This document shows positions 17,525 to 24,222 of a DNA stretch of 29,292 bases, in pieces. The notes beneath the pieces were generated by a model. The model was not told the DNA's origin. It saw nothing but the letters and a program-made list of their open reading frames with translations, and made no database searches. The stretch's first letter is position 1. The number at the start of each line of letters is the position of its first letter. Origin of the DNA: Nitrospinota bacterium. Lineage in GTDB: Bacteria > Nitrospinota > Nitrospinia > Nitrospinales > VA-1. Location: positions 1 through 29,292 of the forward strand of contig JADFGI010000001.1 of NCBI GenBank assembly GCA_022567815.1, in the 5' to 3' direction. A program made the translations under genes and the position numbers.

Positions 17525-17705
17525 CTACCCCTGCGGGGCACGTGTGATATTTCCACAATAACCTTCATGCCCTGAAAGGGTAAAAGCTTGGGAATAATAT
17601 AACGGCTTTGTCGCTGACACTCCTCGCAAAGACGAGATACCCAAACCCCTCCTTCGTGGAAGGGGGAGGTCGGTTCCCCCTTTTTAAAGGGGGCTAGGGG
17701 GATTT
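17525..17705. repeat. Mosaic of assorted REP-like hairpin fragments
   Basis: GCCCTGAAAGGG (~17569), CTCCTCGCAAAGACG (~17620), and a C-run/T-run/A-run/G-run hairpin followed by CTAGGGGGATTT (~17676-17704). Confidence 0.5.
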
Positions 17706-17808
17706 TAATTTTCTCTTTCTTGCCAAAAGAATGAAAAATAAATAAAACCTCCTTATGAAACTTACCTCCTGCGTAGCGGAATTTTCCCTCCAGCCGTTTT
17801 CAGGGCCT

Positions 17809-17932
17809 CGCGTAGCGTCAGGCCCAAGTTTCCTCCCCCGTGTAACGGGGCGCGTAGCGTCAGGCTCAAGCTTCCTCCCCGTGTAACGGGGCGCGTAGCG
17901 TCAGGCTCAAGCTTCCTCCCCGTGTAACGGGG
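17809..17932. repeat. Three tandem 41-42 bp direct repeats, no spacers
   Basis: CGCGTAGCGTCAGGCTCAAGCTTCCTCCCCGTGTAACGGGG starts at 17851 and 17892 (identical), with a variant at 17809; each unit contains the inverted family A hairpin. Confidence 0.92.
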
Positions 17933-17944
17933 CGCGTGGCGGGG

Positions 17945-20140
17945 TCAGGCTGGAAGGTTTTCCTGGATTTTTTTGAGGAGTCCGATGTTTTGCGTATGTC
18001 CCGTCCGGTGGGCTTTGATATGGCCGCGGATGGGCCTTCCCAGCAGATAAAAATCACCCAGAATATCCAGGATTTTATGGCGGGCAAACTCGTTCTCAAA
18101 CCGGAGTTTGGTGTTTAAAACTTTTTTGTCTCCCAGCAGAATGAAGTTATCCAGCTTCCCGCCGGAGGCAAACCCCATTTTAGTCAATTGGGCCACATCT
18201 TCCATGAAGCCGAAAGTCCGCGCCGGAGCGATCTCATTTTTGAAACTTGATTCGCCTTTGAACACATAGGTGTGATCCTGAGTGCCAATGGGCTCAGGAT
18301 ATTTCATGTAGTAACTGACGGTGAATGTCTCGGCGGGTTCTATGGAAATCACCGGACCGTTTTCATCCTTGGGGCCAAACGTATAAGTTTTGTCGATGAC
18401 GATTTCATCGTAAATTCCATCCTGTTCCTCGAATTCCCCATCCTCTATAAGAGTGCAGAAGTCTTTTGCCGAGCCGTCCATCACCGGAGCTTCGTCCCCT
18501 ATTTTGATGAGCAGGTTGGTGATCCGGTACATATGCAAAACCGCCATGATATGTTCAATGGTAGCGACGGATGCCAGGCCTTTTTTCAGGCAGGTTGAGT
18601 AATCCGTGGATTGAACATTTTCCAACCGCGCGGGGATGGTCTTGCCAGAGGATATGTCGCCGAAAATGATGCCGCTACCCGGAGGCAGGGGTTGGAGAAT
18701 GAGGCCGGTTTTAATGCCGGAATGGAGCCCGCTTCCGCAAAGCACCACACTTCGCTTGAGAGTTCTTTGTAACGGGAGAGGGGAAGGTTGTTTGCCATTG
18801 GATTCTGGAAGTCGAATGGCATGACGCTTCAGTTTTTCCTGGAATAGTTTTTTATCGGTTTTCAGAGCCTTGCAGGTTTTTTCCAGATCCCATCTGTTTT
18901 TTCTCAGGTGATGGATGATGAAGCCCTTCTCCCAGGTTAGCTCCGCTTCCTGGAAGGTTTCAGAAGGACCGGACTCATCAGGGTTGACCGTTCTCCTGGA
19001 GTTTTGAATTTCCTGAGGCAGTTCCTGCAGGGAAATTTTCCCGCAGGTGGAACCGGTTATCAGAATTTTATCCAGGACCGACCGAAGTTCTTTAACGTTT
19101 TCGGGCCAGTCGTAACGGCATAAAGCGGCCAGCGCATCTTCTTCGATGACGGGGACGGGAAACTTCCCCTTTTCCGCGCATTCCTCAAAATAGTCTTTGA
19201 CCATGATGGGAATATTGTGGGAATAATCGCGCAGAGGAGGGATCTCCAGGAGGGTGTTATTAAATAAACCCAACAACTCAGGATTAAATTGCTCCCCGGC
19301 GGTCAGCACTTTCAGGTTTCTGGATGATGAGATCATTAATCGGGCGGGGAGAAATTCGCTTTCCGATTTGCCTTTTAATCCCTGGGCCAGTTTTTCTTGA
19401 AGATCTTTGTCCAGGGATTCAATGTTACTCAGATAAACCACGGAACCCTGGCTTCCTGGCGACTGCTTCGCGGATTTTTTTGATCGGCTGGATTTTCTTT
19501 TCGCTTTGGAGAAAAGATGGGATTGAATATCATGGGATTGCCGAACCGCGCAATTCAGCTTGATAAAGGGATGGTCGCTCTGGTGACTTCGCCGATGAAT
19601 GCAGTGCGCGATGAACTCTTTTCCCGTCCCTTTTTCCCCAAGCAGAAAAATGGGCTTATTGTTCTGCGACGCCTGTTGGGTGGCTTTTTTTACCTCCACC
19701 ATCATCTCGAAGCAAAGCGGCAGGTCTTCCTGGTTGAGTAAATTGCCTTCCAGGGTTCTCTGGTTTTTCTTTTTTTCCTTGAAAACGGATTCGACCGATT
19801 CAGTCAGTTGATCGAGGGAAAACGGTTTTTCGATAAAGTCGAATGCGCCAAGTTTTGTCGCCTGGACGGCGGTGTCGATGGTGCCGTGCCCCGACATAAT
19901 CAACACTTCAATTTCGGGATGGTAAGTCTTGACCGTTTTTAACACCTCGATTCCGTCCATTCCCGGGAGCCAGATATCCAGCAGTACCAGATCGGGTGGG
20001 TCGGATTGAATCATTTTCAAAGCCCCCAGCCCATCCTCTGCCACGGAAACCTCGTAGCCTTCGTCGCTGAGGATATCCTTGAGCGAACTGACTATATTTT
20101 TTTCATCGTCTACAATTAAAACCCGTTCGTTTGCCAACAT
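17945..20140 (-). CDS. lpxC: Fusion: receiver domain + degenerate sigma54 AAA+ + Fis-like HTH + UDP-3-O-acyl-N-acetylglucosamine deacetylase (LpxC)
   Basis: One continuous ORF. REC: VDDE..LVLLDIWLPG..SGHG..IEKP. Walker A GEKGTGKE. LpxC at 17945-18772: LQRTLKRSVVLCGSGLHSG, TIEH, EIAPARTFGF, HKILDILGD, GH. Start at ATG 20140 (GGAGG RBS) or TTG 20215. Confidence 0.9.
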   Translation of the reverse strand: MLANERVLIVDDEKNIVSSLKDILSDEGYEVSVAEDGLGALKMIQSDPPDLVLLDIWLPGMDGIEVLKTVKTYHPEIEVLIMSGHGTIDTAVQATKLGAFDFIEKPFSLDQLTESVESVFKEKKKNQRTLEGNLLNQEDLPLCFEMMVEVKKATQQASQNNKPIFLLGEKGTGKEFIAHCIHRRSHQSDHPFIKLNCAVRQSHDIQSHLFSKAKRKSSRSKKSAKQSPGSQGSVVYLSNIESLDKDLQEKLAQGLKGKSESEFLPARLMISSSRNLKVLTAGEQFNPELLGLFNNTLLEIPPLRDYSHNIPIMVKDYFEECAEKGKFPVPVIEEDALAALCRYDWPENVKELRSVLDKILITGSTCGKISLQELPQEIQNSRRTVNPDESGPSETFQEAELTWEKGFIIHHLRKNRWDLEKTCKALKTDKKLFQEKLKRHAIRLPESNGKQPSPLPLQRTLKRSVVLCGSGLHSGIKTGLILQPLPPGSGIIFGDISSGKTIPARLENVQSTDYSTCLKKGLASVATIEHIMAVLHMYRITNLLIKIGDEAPVMDGSAKDFCTLIEDGEFEEQDGIYDEIVIDKTYTFGPKDENGPVISIEPAETFTVSYYMKYPEPIGTQDHTYVFKGESSFKNEIAPARTFGFMEDVAQLTKMGFASGGKLDNFILLGDKKVLNTKLRFENEFARHKILDILGDFYLLGRPIRGHIKAHRTGHTQNIGLLKKIQENLPA

Positions 20141-20211
20141 TTCCTCCAAATATGAGGTATGAAATGATTCGAGGTGTTCTGTATTCCCTATCGATTGCCA
20201 AATGATGCGAT

Positions 20212-20847
20212 TCAAAAACGCTTGATGAAATCCAGGTAATAGATTTTATCTCCGGCGTTGATGAAATTGTTCTCGTACTTTGATTTGGGAAGATCTCCCC
20301 GGTTCCCCCGGAAAACTCCCGGCCCGATCTTATTTTTTAATTGCGCCTGCGCTTCAAAAAATTCCAGGATTTCCAAGGCGTAGGGTTCGCTGTCCGTTGC
20401 CAAATGCACTTCCCCGCCAGGAATCAATTTGCTCGTCACAAGATCCACAAAAGGCGGTTTGATCAATCTGCGTTTGTAATGGCGTTTCTTTGGCCAAGGG
20501 TCCGGGAAATTGATGTATATTTTGTCCAGACTTTCATCCTTGAACAGCAGGGAAACCTTTTCGCGGGCATCTCCATAAACGATACGGATGTTTTTTATCT
20601 GCAGTTTATTGACGCGGGTGATGACCTTGCGAATGCCCTTGTGATAAAAATCCATGCCCACAAAATTGCTATCCGGTTCGCGTGCCGCCATGTCGATGAG
20701 AAACTTTCCGTTGCCAAATCCGACATCCAGTTGCAATGAATTCCCGTTCTCGAAAACCGCGCTCCAATCGGGGAGGGCCTCGGTGTCCAGGAAAAACGGG
20801 CTTTCCTGGGCGATTTCATCAAAAGAAATTAAGGGCTTGGAGGCCAT
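20212..20847 (-). CDS. trmB: tRNA (guanine-N7)-methyltransferase
   Basis: LDVGFGNGKFL, NFPDPWPKKRHYKRRL, VHLATDSEPY. Confidence 0.94.
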   Translation of the reverse strand: MASKPLISFDEIAQESPFFLDTEALPDWSAVFENGNSLQLDVGFGNGKFLIDMAAREPDSNFVGMDFYHKGIRKVITRVNKLQIKNIRIVYGDAREKVSLLFKDESLDKIYINFPDPWPKKRHYKRRLIKPPFVDLVTSKLIPGGEVHLATDSEPYALEILEFFEAQAQLKNKIGPGVFRGNRGDLPKSKYENNFINAGDKIYYLDFIKRF

Positions 20848-20855
20848 ATTAAATT

Positions 20856-21341
20856 TTATCCTTCATTGCTTCCACGATTTTCATGAATGGTGATTATTTT
20901 CAAGACTTCAAATTCTTTATGCCGTCCGGGAAGAGAAATCACCACTTCATCCCCGGCTTGTTTTCCCAACAGCGACCTGCCGACAGGCGAGGCGGTTGAA
21001 ATTTTTCCTTCATCAGGATTGACCTCCTCCGGAAACACCAAGTGATATTGGGTTTCATCGCCCGTGTTTAGATCCTTTAAGAACAGGGTGCTTCCCAGGC
21101 CGGACCGGTCTCGTGGAATACGGTCAACATTCAAAGCCATGACATCGCTGATTCTTTTTTGCAATTGGGATAACCGCGTCTCAAGAAACATTTGCCGTTC
21201 CTTGGCCGCCTTGAATTCGGCGTTTTCGCTCAAATCACCGTGCTCCATGGCGGTTTTCAACGCTTTAGGGATATCGACTTTTAATTCGACTTTGGCGTTT
21301 TCAAGTTCCTTATCAAGTTTATCCAGGATGGGAAGTCGCAT
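20856..21341 (-). CDS. greA: GreA/GreB family transcription elongation factor
   Basis: HGDLSENAEF acidic tip; coiled coil; KISTASPVGRSLLGKQAGD. Confidence 0.92.
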   Translation of the reverse strand: MRLPILDKLDKELENAKVELKVDIPKALKTAMEHGDLSENAEFKAAKERQMFLETRLSQLQKRISDVMALNVDRIPRDRSGLGSTLFLKDLNTGDETQYHLVFPEEVNPDEGKISTASPVGRSLLGKQAGDEVVISLPGRHKEFEVLKIITIHENRGSNEG

Positions 21342-21518
21342 TGGTGAATTCTCCGCTTAACAAAATCTGATTCTGGTGAAACAACGTCCGGGTAAAAAAT
21401 TCAAAATGAAATTTTGCTTCCCGGTCAAAAGGAGACGCATACCTTGAGGCCGGACTGGGGCAAAACTATCTCAATCACTATAGGCTGGACAGCAATTGTT
21501 TTCAAGTTTCCCTTTGCG

Positions 21519-21559
21519 TTGAATTGCACCAGTTGGGTTTATTTCCCGTAGCTACTGCC
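21519..21559 (-). mobile_element. Partial family P element end
   Basis: TTGAATTGCACCAGTTGGGTTTATTTCCCGTAGCT matches TTCAATCCCACCAGTGGGTTTTATTTCCCATAGCT at 14314. Confidence 0.55.
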
Positions 21560-21561
21560 GT

Positions 21562-21716
21562 CCCGCCACACGGGGAAAAGAAGCTGGGCTGACTCTCGCT
21601 ATGCTCACGCCCGCTATACAGGAGGAAAAATTACAGGATGAAAATTCTGCATGAAGCAAGATCCCATCCGCCATAAACCCATAGTACGTTAATATTGGGT
21701 CCAGCCCCCAGGCTGG
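21562..21716. repeat. Degenerate family A repeat
   Basis: CCCGCCACACGGGG..GGGCTGAC.CTCGCTATGCTCACG, later followed by ACGTTAATATTGGGTCCAGCC-CCCA-GGCTGG. Confidence 0.7.
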
Positions 21717-21860
21717 CGGCTTGCAAGTTTTCGGGGACATGGGTAACACTCAAGATTTTTCCGGGATGGGTGGAACACCGGACGAGTGTCCGCAAAAAAA
21801 AAGTAAAAGCAAAATGGATGATGCGTGAAGTATTGAAAAACCACGCCTTAATTTAAGTAT

Positions 21861-21888
21861 TTGAAAAATAAAGGATTATCGCTATAAT
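21861..21888 (+). promoter_or_regulatory. sigma70-type promoter upstream of the HDOD gene
   Basis: TTGAAA (21861-21866), N16, TATAAT (21883-21888). Confidence 0.5.
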
Positions 21889-21964
21889 AAAGGATATCGG
21901 TCACTTATTGAATTTATTTTATTTGCGTCCAATACAGGCGCTACCTGGAGATTTGGGCCTTAAT

Positions 21965-22825
21965 ATGATGAGAGACGAAATTTTAAAAATTCTTACGGAA
22001 AAAAGCGATTTGCCCCCGCTTCCGGAAATTCTTTTGAAGTTGCAAAACCTTATCAACGACCCTGAAAGTGAACTGGAAGAGATTGCAAGACTTATAGAGA
22101 CAGAACCTGTTTTGTCGGGAAGGCTCATCAAACTGGCCAACAGTGTTTTATATGGGGGGGGACGGGAAAAAACCGAGGATCTTTCCGGCACGGTAATGCG
22201 CCTGGGCGTAAAAATGATTCTGGACCTGGCCTACACTCTTCAACTGACCAATATGTTCAACCGGTTCAAGTCCTTCGACCAATACAAGTTCTGGATGCAT
22301 TCAATGGCCGTCGCCTGTTTAACCCAGACTTTGAGCCAAAAGGTGAATCTCCCGCAGGAGGAAAAGGAGGAAAGCTATGTTTGCGGTTTGATGCATGATC
22401 TTGGCATCGTAGTTTTTGAGTATTTGATTCCTGATGAATATTTCGCGTTCGTGAAATCCATCGGTCCTGAAGAGGCCTCTTTGGAAACCCTTGAACTGGA
22501 AAAATTCGGCATCGCCCACCCGGAACTGGGCGCAAGATTCATTCGCCAAAATTGGCCAATTTCACCCATCGTCATTACTGCCGTGGAGAATCATTTTCAT
22601 CCGCTGTCCGTGAATGGCGCCGGGCTGAATGTCTCTCAATTGGTTGGTATCGCCAACCAGGTGGCTATCAACGAGGGGATCACCAACGGAATCGGCATCC
22701 CGCCTGAAATTCCTCTGGAGGGCAAAATTTATGAAAAATTGGGAATTTCTCCAGAAGAGTTGGAAGAAATCGTTGAGACAACTGTGGAAGGCCTGGACAA
22801 CACTGAACTGCTAATGAAGGCCTGA
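21965..22825 (+). CDS. HDOD domain signalling protein
   Basis: LPPLP, EPVLSGRLIKLANS, FWMHSMAVA, GLMHDLG, HPELGA..W..V..H. Start at ATG 21965; the ORF track uses TTG 21908. Confidence 0.9.
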   Translation: MMRDEILKILTEKSDLPPLPEILLKLQNLINDPESELEEIARLIETEPVLSGRLIKLANSVLYGGGREKTEDLSGTVMRLGVKMILDLAYTLQLTNMFNRFKSFDQYKFWMHSMAVACLTQTLSQKVNLPQEEKEESYVCGLMHDLGIVVFEYLIPDEYFAFVKSIGPEEASLETLELEKFGIAHPELGARFIRQNWPISPIVITAVENHFHPLSVNGAGLNVSQLVGIANQVAINEGITNGIGIPPEIPLEGKIYEKLGISPEELEEIVETTVEGLDNTELLMKA

Positions 22826-22852
22826 ACTTGTTATAAGAGGGAGCGATAATTT

Positions 22853-23959
22853 ATGGATGAGTCTTTCCACGTCACCTTTCGCGGAGTGAGGGGGTCTATT
22901 GGAACCCCTGTCTCCCTGGTGCAAATGGAGGAGAAGCTCACTAAAGCTTTGGAACGTGCGCAACCCGAGGATTTAAAGGACGCTTCTACCAGGAAATCCT
23001 TCATAGACAGCCTGCCTTTTGAGATCCGTGGTTGTTTTGGCGGCAATACTCCCTGCGTCCAGATGCAGGTTGGCGGAGAAAACCTCATTTTTGACGGTGG
23101 GACGGGTATTCGTCAGGTGGGCCAGGATTTGTTAAAGGGGGACTTTGGCAAGGGTCAGGGGAAAGCGCATATTTTTTTCTCCCATACTCACTGGGATCAC
23201 ATTCAAGGATTGCCATTTTTCACCCCTTTTTATATCAAGGGAAACCATTTCACTCTCGTCAGCCCTCACGATAATCTTAAAAAGCGATTGGAAGTCCAGC
23301 AGTCACCCGAATATTTCCCAGTGCCGTTTGATGCCTATTCGGCTACCCTGGACATTCCCGATGTACATGGCAAGTCTGAAATCAGCGTCGGTGACATAAA
23401 AGTCAAATGGCAGGAGATGTGCCATCCCGGAAAATCGTTTTCTTACCGTATCGAATACGCAGGGAAATCGGTGGTGTATGCCACGGATGCCGAATACAAA
23501 AACTTAAGAGCTGAAAAACTGCAACCCTATGTCGATTTTTTTCGGGACGCGGACCTGCTCATCTTCGATTCAATGTTCACGTTTGGCGATGGGCTGGAGA
23601 GAAGGGACTGGGGGCATAGCTCGACGTTTATCGGAGTTGATCTTGCGGTAGACGCAAACGTAAAAGAGATCGCTTTTTTCCATCATGATCCCCGGTATGA
23701 CGATTTTAAACTGGTCGATATTTTTTCCCAAACGCAAAAATACCTTAAATCCATCGCTCCTGAATCTAACCTCAAAATGTTTCTTTCCTATGAGGATTTG
23801 ACGGTGGACATCCTGCAGGTTGAGTCCCCGATTCAAGATAAAGCTGAAAATGTCCCTTATCCCATAAAATTAAATGGGAAAGGGCAAAATCTGAGCCAAA
23901 TCCCAGGAAAAATTTTGGTCTCAAAAAACGGTTTGCTTAATCAGGACGACTTTCTATGA
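22853..23959 (+). CDS. MBL-fold metallo-hydrolase (phosphodiesterase/RNase Z-like)
   Basis: SHTHWDHIQG (HxHxDH), GVRGS, GGNTPCV, FDGGTGIR, WGHSS, FFHHDP. Confidence 0.9.
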   Translation: MDESFHVTFRGVRGSIGTPVSLVQMEEKLTKALERAQPEDLKDASTRKSFIDSLPFEIRGCFGGNTPCVQMQVGGENLIFDGGTGIRQVGQDLLKGDFGKGQGKAHIFFSHTHWDHIQGLPFFTPFYIKGNHFTLVSPHDNLKKRLEVQQSPEYFPVPFDAYSATLDIPDVHGKSEISVGDIKVKWQEMCHPGKSFSYRIEYAGKSVVYATDAEYKNLRAEKLQPYVDFFRDADLLIFDSMFTFGDGLERRDWGHSSTFIGVDLAVDANVKEIAFFHHDPRYDDFKLVDIFSQTQKYLKSIAPESNLKMFLSYEDLTVDILQVESPIQDKAENVPYPIKLNGKGQNLSQIPGKILVSKNGLLNQDDFL

Positions 23960-23963
23960 ATTT

Positions 23964-24161
23964 TAAATGAACGACCCCGCCGCAAGCGGACGGGGTATCC
24001 GACAAGGATTTTTATTTAAAAGCCGTAGCCAGCGTGACGCTAGACCTGAATGGAAACATCTTTCTCTGCCGGTAAACATTATCAAGGCAAACGATTATTG
24101 CCTGTTGCCCCTGCGGCTAGTAGCTACGGGGTATGAAACCCACTGGTGGGAATCAAATGGG
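23964..24161 (+). mobile_element. Family P element carrying an ~90-bp internal insertion
   Basis: TAAATGAACGACCCCGCCGCAAGCGGACGGGGTATCCGACAAGGATTTTTATTTAAAAGCCGTAGC [insert ~24030-24121] AGCTACGGGG..AAACCCACTGGTGGGAATCAAATGGG. Confidence 0.7.
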
Positions 24162-24222
24162 CAATTTCGGATTAAGACCTATCGGTGGGACAAGATGATG
24201 AATTTTTCTAGAGGCAGGGCTG

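Noticed and set aside
17809-17932. 41-bp repeats resembling a mini CRISPR array
   Set aside because: Units are head-to-tail with no unique spacers, and no cas genes are nearby; the unit contains the dispersed family A hairpin.
21345-21520. Possible 6S RNA or structured greA leader
   Set aside because: Only one imperfect hairpin (~21387-21425) was seen; no long rod with a central bubble could be built by eye. An Rfam/Infernal scan would be needed.
21780-21805. CGGAC-GAGT-GTCCG hairpin followed by an A-run, as a terminator
   Set aside because: The geometry is wrong on both strands (no U-tract after the stem), and it lies between divergent gene starts.
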